Shown in pieces: positions 24,901 to 37,624 of a DNA stretch of 64,000 nucleotides. The notes below the pieces were generated by a model, which was not told the origin of the DNA, did no database searches, and saw only the letters and a program-made list of their open reading frames with translations. The position numbers and the translations under genes were made by a program. The DNA is from Klebsormidium nitens (lineage: Eukaryota > Plantae > Klebsormidiophyceae): the NCBI GenBank assembly GCA_000708835.1, contig DF236975.1, positions 186,001 to 250,000 on the forward strand, given 5' to 3'. The number at the start of each line of letters is the position of its first letter. The first letter of the stretch is position 1.

Positions 24901-27900
24901 ATCGGTGTTGCTCACGGGAGGCAAGAAGCTCACAACGAAGGATCAAGGAATGAGGTAGTGCTTGCGGACTTGTGCTTGTCGAGACTTGCACCGGTAATGT
25001 GTGGATGCTTTTGTTCCGATTAGTGTTTCAGAACAAGCAATGAAAGGTGCACTGAAACATCATGACCACCATGCTTGTGAAACTAAAGAAGCTGGGGCGT
25101 GGCATCGGTTTCCAGAGGTCCAACTGGCAAGGTGCCCACTGAGAGTTCGTCTTAACCGTCCCCAAAAACTCCGAAAAGCCGAAACAAATCTGCCGTTAAA
25201 ATGCCATACCCGGCAGGGCGCAAACTCCGTGCTTGCATCAGGAACATGTCAAGCCCTGACTGCTATCATGATTCCAGCACACAATTCGGGCGCTCTTTCA
25301 GATGACGTAAGGAAAGCTAATCCATTTGAATTCCATTTGACGGGTGCGACAGGTGGCTACATGCAACGGAGGACTTTCAATGTGGCAGCAAAAGTAAAGA
25401 TTTAATGAGAAAGGGGCATGTGGCTGTTAACTCCAATGGTGGGCATAACAAGCCGCCCAATGTTGGTGTGCTATCATCGTCTTTCGCAACCTCACAATTC
25501 CGCAAGAATGACTTGCGCAAAGATTGCCACCTTCCAAGAAGTGAGCGTGATCAACCCCGAAATTGGAGAGTTTCAATAACATTGTATCTCCTCCACGACC
25601 AGCAATACGAAGAAACGCCTGCTGTCACTGCGTGACAGCAGGTAAGTTGTTGCGCTGAAACCCTCAGGAACGGAAAAATGTCGACAAAAGGTGGGATCTC
25701 ATCTAAGAGAGGGAAGGTAGCTCACCGCCAGTACGAGGAAGGGGATGACTTCGACGATGATGAGGGTGGACTTGACGCCGAGTGCGCTGCACAGGCCCAC
25801 GGCGCCCAGTACTGACGCCACCACGATGAGGACACCGCTCAAGCCCAACACGACCTGCAATCACAGCGTTTGTCAGACAGATATTTTGTTGCTTCGCATC
25901 GGTCACCTTGCTTATAGACGAATGGACGGCTCACTGAACACGAAACATCTGCTCACTCCGCACGCTTAAAGTTGGGCAAAGCAAAGCTTTCTCAAGCTTG
26001 TCATCAGACCTGGCGCTTTCTCCGCTCTTCGATCTCTGCAAGGGACGTGGGGCGAAAAACGGGGTGTTGCTTCATCGCAAGCACCAACTTTCTTACCTTG
26101 GAGGTCACGTAGAAAGGGGCGACGCCCGGGGCGCGGTCGCCCAGCGTGAAGGAGATGTACACAAACATGACGAGGTAGCTCAACTGCACCAACAAAATGC
26201 GTCTCGCATCAGAAGAACGGCAAAGCATAGCAGAGTCGTCATCGTATTTGGAGCAAGCAGCCAACCCTTCCAGAGCGCTTACATACTCCGGCCGGAGATG
26301 ACGTAGGTACGAAGCCGAAAACTCTTCGTGGCCGAGTATGTGGCCGAGTATTACTATAGGCCAAAATCAAGGGGGGCCCAAGTTGCAGCAAGAATGAACG
26401 GTCAAGATCGTGCGGCTTGGACAGTTGCGAGCTCGCTCATCAGCGAACGGGCAATTGCACGAGTAACTCATAAAGGCGTTTTATCTTCTAAAGAAACGTG
26501 ACAACTCAAAGACCATTGAGTTTTAGCACTCACCACGACGGTAACAATGTCGGCGGTGCTCTCCCGAGTCAGCTCCGCTTCGATGGAGCTTTCGGAAGAG
26601 TAGGCCAGCGTGAGGCCCGCGTCGGCCGCCAGCTTCACCAGCTTGGACTGCAAGATACAATGCTTACGTCATCCTTACGTCCTTTTTTCTAGGCGGACAT
26701 TTCACCAACGTTTTCTTCACGTAATTTTAATCACAAGCCTGCAGGAACAGACGCGTTGGATTCGGTGTGACACTGTTCGCCCTATCTGGCGCCCCCATAG
26801 GGATATCATTCCGTCCAAGTCCGCCAGCTTCAAAAGGATAAATTGCGCGTAGCCGCAGCCGCAGCCGCAAACGTGCTGTCACGCTGACGTCAGTTTGGAT
26901 AGAAGTTGCCACTGGCTAATCTGTGAAATCACAACAAAGTCGTACGAACACGTCCGGGCCTATGTAGAGCCTTTTGCTGCCCAATACAACGTCGGTACCT
27001 CCTTAGCTGGTTGCATAAATCTACATTCAGCAACGTGGGCCCAGGTAGACACTCAGCTCAATTCTATCTATCTCCAAAATCATTTTGAAACAGAACCACA
27101 ATAGTGCCAACTCAATTGGACTGCCGTCCAAACCCCGCAGACAAGCTCACCTCCGTGAGGTTGACAAAGGCAGCCTCCCAGGCCTGCGCTGCCTGAATCT
27201 GCTCGCTCGACGAGTTGACCGAGTTGACAACCGGGAAGGTGATAACGAAAGCCGTGGCATCGGAGTAGTTGTTGCCCGGGAAGCCGCCGAGGACCACGTG
27301 GGGGTCCATGGGCGCCTTGAAGGCGCTCAAGCACGGCGCTGACGAGGAGTAGTGCTGGCAGCGGGAGCGCACACTTTGAGAGGGGCCTTAAAGAGGTCGT
27401 CAAGCCGCCGCGAAGTGCAGCGACACAACCAGTGCCAGATCTGCTTTGCAGTCAGCCGCGGTACGATTTGCTGACGTATTTTGCAGCGATAGTAAGCTCG
27501 AGAGTTTCACTCTGATGTCGCTTTTTGACGTCAGGAGTTACGGGTCCACAGGACGCCTACTGTAAACTCCGATCCGCTCAGGACTCCAATTCTGAGGGAA
27601 ATCAGGCATGGTGCTGACGTCAACTAGTGTTGCGACTACCAAAAGGTCATGTCGAGCTTGGCCTGCTGTTTCAGCGTAGCCCGCATGCGGGAGAATAGCA
27701 CCCTTGCGGAAGTTTGTCCAAAAAGTTCCGATCCGCCAGGACTTTTGACCGACCCCATATGTGCAGTGGGGCTGGTTGTCACCGCATCGAACGTGTCTCA
27801 ATCACTTCAGACGACTTGAAAACGTCACACAACTTTGCGGACTAGGATGAAGCGGCCACTTTGGAAACAGAGATCCCCCTGCTTCAAGACCCCGATCAAG

Positions 27901-30900
27901 TATAACTCATGGCTGCCCCAGCTTTTCAAAGAATTTCTTCAGGACGTGCTGCTCTTGTCGTGCTTAGATGGGATGGTAAGAACTCTCCTTTTCCAGCACT
28001 CCGCCTACCTCAAAGCAGAACTCCGCGTGCTCCACGCCCCCGTACATGTCCAGGTTGTCTTGGTCCATCTTCCAGTACTGGAGCACGCTCTGCGTCGCGC
28101 ACGCCTCGCCCATCGGCTTGAAGCAAATGTCCGTCAGCCTGACGTCAGCCCCCCCGTCGTTCGCCGTCACAGCGTCAACCTGAGAAGGGAGGGAATCTGT
28201 CGGTTCCGCAAACCAGAAAAGCCTTCTCCCTGAAATATGGGGCTAAGCAACTGAAGGTGCTTGCATAGCTGCACCATAGACAACCTCTATGCGAAGATCC
28301 TGTATCTGTCCGGAAAGAAGAATAGCAGGATCGTGGAGACCAAAGTCTGGAATGCTAAAGGTAGCCTTAGATAGCGGGGGAGCCATGTTGGGAGAATTCA
28401 ATAATAGAGCGATCCGTTGGCCTCTACCAAGTAGATATAGACCTGAAGTGATTGATGCGAATCTTCCAAAAACAATACCTCTCTGGGCAGGAGGCATCCC
28501 GCATTTATGTCCAACTTGCTCACTTTCGAGCGAGAAGTCCGGCGTAGACGACACCAAAAACCCAATTAGTCTTACTTTGAAACATGCAAAACGTCGCAGG
28601 GCAGGCTCACCTCCTCATGGATGCGAAACAGGAGCGCGATGTTGTCCTCAGTCACAATACTTGGTGCGGGAGCCCCGTCTTCGGATGGAGAGGTGGCCAG
28701 TATAAGCTGCAGAGGAACTTGTGTTAGCATCTCAACATAGGCAGGGTGCAATCGACGGACCGAATTAAGAGGGACAGAAGCTCGTGCAGCGCTCTGACTT
28801 CGTTGAGACGGACGACGGCGGCCCGAGCGTGTTTGAGATTGCTTCGACGAGTGTGTCTAGAGAGTTTCTAGAATCCCCGACAGCTATGCAGCGCTTCTTA
28901 GTAAGCAACCGTGGCAGCTGCGTTTCGGCTTGGCAGCAACTCTCATCAATTAGCTAAGGCAGAGCAAACATACGGTAGAAGGATGGTACGGTACGTTGTA
29001 GCAACAGCGGTGTAAAAGGCACGAGACAGATGCCTTCAGATGATTACATTTACTGTGTCCAGTTTTCGTCTAACCTAGTGGCTCGCCCACGTGACATCGG
29101 ACGCAGACTCATAAGCATGGAAGGATAGGGCTTCAAAGCGCGGACTTCTTACTTGTTCGATCCGATAGAATGGCCCTAGATGCTCGTCGTAGAAGGCCTT
29201 CTGTTGGGCAGCGAGGCTATCAGGCCGCACCCAAAGCTGCGAGGAATAGGTGCTTTTTAGACCACGCTTTGGATCGAAGAGGAAAGGCGGGAAGGAATCT
29301 TTACATCCGTCGCGTTATGGACGCTTGGAGCGAAGGTCATGGGCTGAGATGGTGGATGGAGTGGTGCCAAAAAAGGCGCATAAAGTGTAAGGCCTCTGAA
29401 TAAGAAGTGTTGCGGAATGATGAAATGCTTCTGTCAGACCTTGAGCGAAGTGAGGAGTCCACCTGGTTCTGAGCGCCTTATGCTGATGAATGCAAACGGA
29501 AGTTGGACGACCTTTTCTTCTTCTAAAGCGCAGGTTGAAACGGGCTGTCTTTTTGACACGTCGCACCTAGACTGCAGACGCAGGACAAATGTCGAAGGCA
29601 AACCTACCTTTTCCGGCCGCGTCTCGACGGAGAATCTGAGCATGCCCGCAATGAGGGCGAGGCACACGAGCGTGGCAACGCACAGGACGAGCACTGGTCG
29701 CTCGGCGATCCACTCCCCTTGCCACCTGTCAAAAGCCGCACTTGGTCAACAGCTCGGACGGCTGACTCTTATCGCCGTCCGTTATGAACCGCTTAAGTAT
29801 TCAGCCAGGAAATTTGAGTTTGCATATTTAAAATGATTGGTCTGGACTCAGTCTGGACATGGTGTCCTTGGAAAAGGTAGAGTCTGGATTGAGACTTTCG
29901 TTCTATCAACAAAACGCACAGTCGCTGCGCATTTAGGGAACGACTGGATGAGTCTGGATCTGAGCAAGCCTTGTCCTGAAGGTGAAACTAGATTCCACAA
30001 GAAACTTTCGGACGATCAACATCGACCCGATCGAGATGTAATAATCAGAGCGCGCACATACGAGTGCTTACTAAAGAGGCTCACCTATACCACGTGTGCA
30101 TAAAGCTGGCCTCCGGCAAGTCCTCCGTTTCTTCGTCAAGCTTTCGTCGAGACGGTGGGGTCTGCAGAAGGTCAAGTTTGCTAAATTTCAGGTCAAGACA
30201 TTTTCGTGACCACCTTTCAGAGTGTCGTTCTCTGTCATAAACAGTGGCGAATACAAATTGCTGCCACTTCGAAGCGGGTTGTCTGTCGTTACATGGAGTT
30301 AGAAGAGGGTCGAGTAGGAACCCAAGAATGCGGGCCGCACAACATTGCATGCTCGGAATCTAGACGAATACTATCAGTCTCCAAAGGCAGCGTTGGCAGC
30401 ATCATCGAGAGGGCACCTTTCTCCGGCTTGTTCGTTTTGGCACGTAACAAGTGCTAAGAGCCGCAGACTTTAGAGCGGGAGGGGAAAAGCATGGAGCCAA
30501 GGTCACCTCCACTTGAGGGGGTTGAAGTCCCCTCTCTGAAGCAGTCGGGCCGTCTCCCCCGTGAGCAAGCAACGGCTCCTCAACGCTTTGTCTGGCGGGC
30601 CTCCGCAACATGGATGCCCAGATGACTGCCACGAGAACTAGGTAGGCGAGGAAAGCGACGGCAAGACCGACGTCGAGGCAGGCGAACTGCAAGAACCACC
30701 ACTTCGTTTTAGGGAATAAGTTGGGCGCAGGCAACTGAAGACATCCCGAACTGGTCAGCCAGTGACTGTGGGCTGACTGATACTTGAGAATCTCGAACGG
30801 AAAACCATCTCAGATGATTTAACCTCGAGTAAGTATTGTCAACAGCTCATTGAGAAGCGGACAATCTTTGGAGACAGCAAACGCATGTTCTTCGATCCCA

Positions 30901-33898
30901 GAGCGCGCATGCAATCTTCGATAACCACTTTCGAGCAACAGGCTGCTTTTCTTACGCCACCAAGAGCCTCACCTTCTGCCCAAGTAGCTGCACCTCGCAC
31001 CCGTGCCTAGTCTCGTTACCTCCGGACGGTTCCGGCGGAGCACATCCATCAGCGGACGGGCAGTCGCCGCACGAGCAGGCAAACGCAGGATCGGAGCAGG
31101 CAATGACGGGCATGTCGAGCGCCGTCAGACCGGAGTGAGGGGGAGGATCGTCTGGAAATGTGATGGCGAAAGGCGAGCCGGGCAGGTACAGGTCCGCCTT
31201 GTTCCCAAGAAAAGCGAACCATTCTGCAGGAGGGAAGACTGCGTTTGCCGAAAGTCTCGCAAAATGATTCACGAAGCCAAGAGCGTGCTTGTGAGATCTT
31301 CTTTCGAGGGCTTCGGGTGAGCTGACGGAAGCAACTTTTGAGAGGGAGAACGCCACGTTTTGAAAAGCCTTCGGGGATGTTCGTAATCGACGGGTCGAAA
31401 GGCACGTAAAATCAATATTGCAACCTGAAGACCCTCGACAGTGATGGGCTAGAGCCAGACACTGCTCAGTCAATTCTTCAGGGCCAGCTGAAGACGATGT
31501 TAAGGACATTCCTGCTTTGTCGTCGTTCGGACGCATCCGTGACGCCCCCTTTGCGCTAACTCTGACAGCGGAAGCTGTACCTACCATGGTAGTCCGTGGC
31601 CCCTCCACCGATAAAATCCATGGCCCGCGTGTTCATCGCTGCAAACTTGACGTCAGCACAGGAGTTGTACATACGAGTGCCGACATCGTCGGACACGAAG
31701 AAGTCGATTGCTGCAACGCTGGTCCGGTTTGTGGAGAAGGCCTGCAAAGCGTCATCAGAAGGTTACAAAGGCCCGCATTCGCCTCTTCTGCTCGAGCAGC
31801 GGGAACAGAAGCGAAAAAAGAAGATAAAAAAGAAGATAATCAAGCAAGCCGACTCTTGGAAAGAGATTAACCTCCAATTGAGCTGTGGTAATTCTGCACA
31901 ATTGTTGACGTGTACTAGCAATAAGGCGAGAATTGGCAGCTCGACAGGCGGCGGAGTGAACTATGTGACGGCCAAAAGACAAGTTGGAAAGTCGAGAGGT
32001 AGCCGTCTTCTCAAACAAACGGCAAACAGAAAAGAAGACCAGAGCAAGCGCTGTCTCGACAGGAGGATGAATTGGAAAGGCTCTAACTCACCGGCGCAGT
32101 TTCGGTGACGTTGACAAAGAGGCTCTGGTCAGGAGAGCACGCCAGCTCGCAGAAGAAGTTGAGAAAGTTGCGGAGGCAGGCAGGACAACCAGCCAGAAAG
32201 GTGACTGCCTGCACAGATAGCCAATCAACAGCTCAGTTGGCCCCTGTTATGGAACCCCTTGAGGCTCGAGAGACAATATTGAAAATTATCTCTAGGATGG
32301 CGCGATCGAGGTCCCAAAGAAGGTGGTTTAGAAGCTGCTATGTCTTCCGTAGGCAAATCCTCTAGAAAGGTGGAGCGAACTCGGTTATCCTACTAGGATG
32401 ATGGCCCGATAGTAGGTTGCGGCTGCCTTCTGACGATATGATACTAGCGAAATGATACTCTAAGTCGTCTTCTCTGATGTGCATGTTCTCAGCTCTCTAG
32501 GATCGAACGAGAGCAGTGAAGTAAGATATCAGTGCACAAGCAGACCTCTAGGTACGAATCTGATCTGAAAAAGTTGTCAATAACAAGCGATGATCAGGAG
32601 GACTTCAACAAAAGAGGAAAAAGTGCATCATTTTGAACACACCTCTCCTTGTGAAGAGGAAAGAATCTTCGCTGAGCACAGCACAGAAAGATCGCTCAAG
32701 AGTCAGGACCAATGATCTCCTACTCAGTAGAGAAATCCATGAGCAGACTTCCTCAATCCCTTGTTCCCCTTGAAACAAGTCTCATCAATGGTGCAAGTTC
32801 GTCTTACCTGCTTGATCTGGTTCAGAAGCACATTGAACTGCGCTTCAGAGCAGCAAAGGTCCCCTGTGAGGGCTGGACACAGCCCCTGGACCTTGTAGGA
32901 GAATTCTGGACTTGGCTGCAAAGACAATGGAAAGGCAATTGATGAACGTCTAGTCTGCCAACGGTCAATATGTTGATTCCACTGCCATGAAGAGGCTGGA
33001 ACGTCTTTTTAGAGGAGCCTAAATGGCTGGAGACCAAACCGTACTTGCAATGATTGACCTTCATCTCCTTACTGTGGAAGGATCTCATCTTTGTCAACGT
33101 CGAATACGAATCAATGCTTTCTTGCTTAGCACAATGTATGTCAGGCGTCGAATCAACTCTGAAGTCGAGCGGGGAGAAGGGAGAACTACCTACCTCAACC
33201 GCCGGGTGATTCTTTGGACAGTTTAGTTGCTTCCCGTCTTCTCTGGCACCACAAATATCGTACATGGCGCAAATGCCCTTCTGGTGAACCGGACTGCCAC
33301 TGCAATCACAGACGCAACCAACTTCAAATTCAATATCTCAGCAGCGGCCAGCTTGACTTGAAAGGCCTCTCTGTCACACGATCAATGTTTTGCCCATAAA
33401 GTCTTCCCAGGAGAGCAATCTGTTGTTGACTCTCCTGCAAAAGTCAGGGCTCCTGAAAATCCAGATGCGCTCAAAAGTGCGTCACCTTGATCGCAATTGG
33501 ATGCATGAAGAAGGCTTAAGCTATTTGTGACGCGCGAAGGTGCGTCAGAATGCACCACCATGCATCTTTCATCGCAGATATGGTCTAGAGAGGCTGGAGC
33601 GCCAAACCTGAACATGTGCCCATCGTCTACGATTGGAGAATCTGGCTTGCCTGCTGCAACCCCACAACCCACCAACACCTGCAGAGAAGTGTTCTAATGT
33701 TACTTATTTTCTCAGAAGTTGCACTCTATAGAGTACGCCAGCCATTGCATGGAGGGTCCGCCCAGGAATGCTTCCTACGGTGCGCCACTACACCTCAAGC
33801 ACCAAAACCTAATTGCCTACTCTCCAACACAGGCGACAACTCCAAACTTTCAACAAGTATCGTACCACCAGCAGCAAGATACAAGTACTTTTCTCCAT
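12970..33898 (-). CDS. NPC1: Niemann-Pick C1 (NPC1)-like sterol transporter, about 30 exons
   Basis: The first exons (33898-33866, 33678-33608) give a signal peptide [21 protein letters not shown]. The Cys-rich NTD follows ([48 protein letters not shown]), then the middle lumenal domain (LWVRPDS...GPFYRIEQ), the sterol-sensing domain ([31 protein letters not shown]), the C-terminal lumenal domain, and the TM region ([34 protein letters not shown]). Stop at 12970. Confidence 0.95.
16195..16232. repeat. Interstitial telomere-like (TTTAGGG/TTAGGG) degenerate array in an NPC1 intron
   Basis: Sequence gggtttagggttgaggattttagggttagggtcagggtttta. Similar motifs occur near 6480, 14455-14480, 17686-17700, 49005-49115 and 57762-57780. 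Confidence 0.6.
20450..25550 (+). mobile_element. Decayed DNA-transposon-like element (Mutator/SWIM-type candidate) in the 5.7 kb NPC1 intron
   Basis: The intron (20062-25725) is far larger than the others. A stop-riddled + frame contains a SWIM-like CxC-x11-CxH motif ([17 protein letters not shown], 22843-22893). Degenerate inverted similarity links about 20452-20525 with about 25495-25550. Confidence 0.45.
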
Positions 33899-34348
33899 CG
33901 TCTTCGCCCGCTTGCGCCAGTACTCTCCACCACAGTACTACAGGTGTTTTAAATGACTAAAGAAGTGATGAAAGGGACAACAGGTAGGCCAGCAACCAAG
34001 GAAGACAGCAGCGAATTAAACTTAAAGAAAGCCTTCCTCGGCAAGCTTGTGATTTTTCGAGTCAATGCAAAATGTTATTTTAAATGATCATTTCTCAGGT
34101 TTTGCAAACCCTCCATACCAAACCCTCGAAACCCTCGGGCTCAGTTGTCGAGCACGCGGCCGGGCTGGGGCACGGCAGCCAGGCTAGGCAAAAATTTTCA
34201 ACAGTCCTACTAGTATACAGTCGAGGCCGGAGGCGTGCTGTAGCAACCCTTTTCGCCCGGGGGCTACTGGGAGAAGTAGAGTTTGTGCGCCTCATCAAAG
34301 CCTTTGGTAGACTCAAATTGCATCTGTTTGAAGTACTACAGGGGCAAC
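33899..34348. promoter_or_regulatory. 450-bp divergent intergenic region between the NPC1 and dioxygenase start codons (putative bidirectional promoter)
   Basis: The NPC1 ATG is at 33898 (-) and the dioxygenase ATG at 34349 (+). Confidence 0.6.
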
Positions 34349-37300
34349 ATGGCTGCACACCGAGCCCAAGCGCAGGCGGCTGGAGGGGAAGGCCAAACGA
34401 AGCTTGTAGACCTGTGCTCTGGCGCGCTCTTAAAGAAAATTGGCGCCAACGCTGACAAGCTTACGGCGACCTTCTGCTATGGTGGCGCTGTGGACATCCC
34501 GTTAGATGGTCTGAAGCTGTTCTACATGCAGGTAAGACACAGTCATGTGCAGATGCTTTGTTCACTCTTGCAACTTACTTGGAGATCAGAAGGTCCTGCT
34601 ACTACGATCATTGCAGGCTTCTGATCTCAACCATAGAGCTGACAACTTTTGTATGATCAAGAGAATCATTCAGAATGCAGTATGCATTCTAGATTCTTCC
34701 AGCAAGGTTTTGGATGCTGGTGAGACGTGACGTTGTAAGTAAACGTTTGCTACTCTACATGATAAGGCACGAATAAGAGAAAAGCACGATTGCATAGTCT
34801 CTGCAGCGCTTGCAAACGGATGCTCCTTGTTATCTCTGGAAGAATCATGTCAATGAGGTATCCTGTACTTGGTGCAGACCAAGAACGACCAAAACCAGGC
34901 GAAGATTCTTGACATCCCTGTGCAAAGAGGTCGGGAGGAAGACTTCCTGGATTTGTTGAGCGCTTGTGAGGTAGCCACTTTTGGAAGGAGAAAGGAGGAT
35001 GTCCTGGACCCTTCGTATAGGTAATCCAAAACATTCTTATGTTCCTCGTTTGGAATTATTACCACTCTGATCATAAATTTCAACCTTATCTTTGACATGT
35101 GCTCTTCCTGGACGTACTTCAAAACTAGGGCAGAAGCAAAAGTAGATTCCATATCTTGCACGCGGATCTGCATCTGCCTCACAGCTTTGGGCAATTTCTG
35201 GATCAACAAGTGAAATCAAACAGCGCTTTGTTGGTCTGCATTTGTTCGGAAAGATCTTCAGACTATCTTCATGCAGAACTTGTTCTTCTGGTCCCCTGTT
35301 TCTGAAAATGAAAGCAACGCAACTTCTGCAATGCTTTTGTCAACAAACTTTGACTCACTCTGCTCATTACTGGCCATCGCAGAGCTCTTCACTGTGGTTG
35401 GAATCAGAATCCCAGTTCCGTTTCTGACTCACAGCCAGATGGTACCTGTGCAGGAAGGCCCTCAAGCTCGGCAAGGACTACTCTTGTACCTTCAACCTTT
35501 CTGAGTACAGCATCCTGTCCGAAGTTCAGCGGGTCATGGCGCCGGACGCGCTTGGCATCAGAGCGGAGCTTCACAAACTCAACGTGTACAGGCAAGACAG
35601 CAGCACAATCCTCGTCCGAAATCAAGGCTAGACAAAGGTCTTCCTTGATTATCTCAATTGCCACCTCCTGTCTAACCGATCAGTAAGATCTGATATAATA
35701 TGAGCATTCTTGGCAACGTTTTGGGTCGCTGCTTTCTGGAAGTAATAATCTGTGCCAATCTTTCTTAAAAGCATGCTGCAAAGTCCTCCAAGGTCATTGC
35801 AAGCCTTTATCAGAGATATTCTACACTCGAGTTAAGGACACGCAGCGTTTGTTTCACACCCTGAGCAGCATAACCAGCATCTATGACAGCCCTCTCTCAG
35901 ATCGAGCGCCCTTCTATCGACCGCCTGTCTTCTGCTTCTTGCAGAACCGGGGACTTCTTCAAGAGCCACGTGGACACCCCGCGCCGCGAAGACATGTTTG
36001 GCTCGCTGGTGGTGTGCCTGCCGTTTGAGCACGAAGGGGGGGAGCTGCACATCCGCCACGGCAGCGTGACGTCAGTCATTGACTGGAGCAGCAAGTCGGG
36101 AAGCGCCATCCAGTGGGTCGCGCTCTACTCCGACTGTGAACACGAAGTAAGAATTTTGTTAGTCTCGGATTCAGAGGGGTCGCTTGAGTACACGCAGATG
36201 TGCGCGCGTGAATCATACACTTCTAGGACACTTCTTCGGCTCCTCAGAGCACGTGCTTCTGATCTAAAAGACGCTACTTCCTCACTGATGGCTTCGACAT
36301 CCGTGTATCTGGCAAAGACTGAGCAGGTGGAGGTTTCATAACAATTTCTTATGACATGCTCAAGCGGCCGAGGGAAAAACGTGTCTTCACAAAGCTTTCT
36401 CAAGGTCTAGTTTGCAACTTCTCAAAGGTCCAGACTCGGATCCTAACGGAGTCTTCGGCCTTGTGTCAGGTCAAAGAGGTGACGCGCAACTATCGCGTCA
36501 CGCTGACGTACAATCTCTACGCGGACATCAATTCCCCCAAACCCGAGAGGCCGTTTGGAACATCGTCGGATGTGCGCCACGTGCCCCTGTACCAGACACT
36601 CGTAGATGCGCTCGGCCAGCAGAGCTTTATGTACGACGGTGGCCGGCTCGGCTTCATGTGCCAGGTATCTCTTTCCGTCTTGCGCGGTTCCCGTCCGCGA
36701 TCGTCCCTTGGAACGAAGGTCCTCGATTGAGTGCTATGTTGTTTCTCCTGAAGTTGGACCGGAGGGCCTCAGAGTTTACTGGAAGTTGATTAGCATTGAG
36801 GCATCGGTTCCCGCCACGTCCCGTCCCATTATGAGCCTACCACGTGAGAGCCGGTTCTCCATCTCGTCTTATGCAGTCCTTGGTCTGGATGACACCCTGT
36901 CTTCACCCCACTTTGCAGCAGTCGAAATCACGCGGCCCAACCCTCTAACAAGCAGTCACTCAGCTAAAATATTTCCTGATGCTTCTTCCAGCACCGCTAC
37001 CCGCATACGAGCCACGCCTTTGCCGAGCGCCCCGCGCCGCTCCTGAAGGGCGCGGACGCCGTCCTGTTTGCGGTCGCGAAGGCGCTCGGTTTGCACGTCC
37101 GATTCGTACACCTGTACAAGCTGGAGGCCGGGTCGAACGAAGAGGAAGACAAGATGGCACCCCTCTCAGTTTCCGGACCGGATTTTGACGATCATGACGT
37201 GCCAAGAAAGGAAGTCGTCCGAGCTGATGATCCGCACTTCCAAGCGGACGGCTTCAAACCCGTCAGCGAGATGAGCGGGGCGGTGACGCGGGAGCGGTTC

Positions 37301-37624
37301 ACCCAAGGACACGTTGGCCCGAGTTACGACGACCGTGCTCTGGTAGACGTCCTGACGCCACTGACCGGAGTCAACTACGTTGAGAGCTGGACGAATCTGT
37401 GCAAGACGAGCGAGTTCAGAAGGTGCTTTACTTCGATGGAAATGGAGCGCCAGAAGGACATCCACTGGTGTATTGGCGACACCCGATTCTGGGACGTTGG
37501 CAGATTTACGCCGGCATATGGAAACGAGTGCTGTGTCAACTACTTCTACTGCGCGGCGGCCATGCTTGTTTCCGTTCCCAAGTGGGGCCAGGATCGCCAA
37601 CAGGCCTTTGAGAGGTTCCGATGA
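34349..37624 (+). CDS. 2-oxoglutarate/Fe(II)-dependent dioxygenase (2OG-FeII_Oxy_3-like), about 497 aa
   Basis: Exons 34349-34531, 34878-35020, 35454-35591, 35945-36146, 36470-36664 and 36992-37624 are in frame. Motifs: ACEVATFG, RAELHKLNVY, FFKSHVDTP (HxD), MFGSLVVCLPFEHEGGELHIRH, ALYSDCEHEV (distal His), RVTLTYNL and C-terminal AYGNE. Confidence 0.9.
35592..35944 (+). other. Non-canonical GC-AG intron
   Basis: Keeping the frame from KLNVY to TGDFFKSHVD requires the donor CAG|GCAAGA and the acceptor ttcttgcag|A. Confidence 0.7.

Noticed and set aside
29418-29475. Possible C/D-box snoRNA (ATGATGA...CTGA)
   Set aside because: It is antisense to the host gene, has no terminal stem, and no rRNA-complementary guide was recognised.
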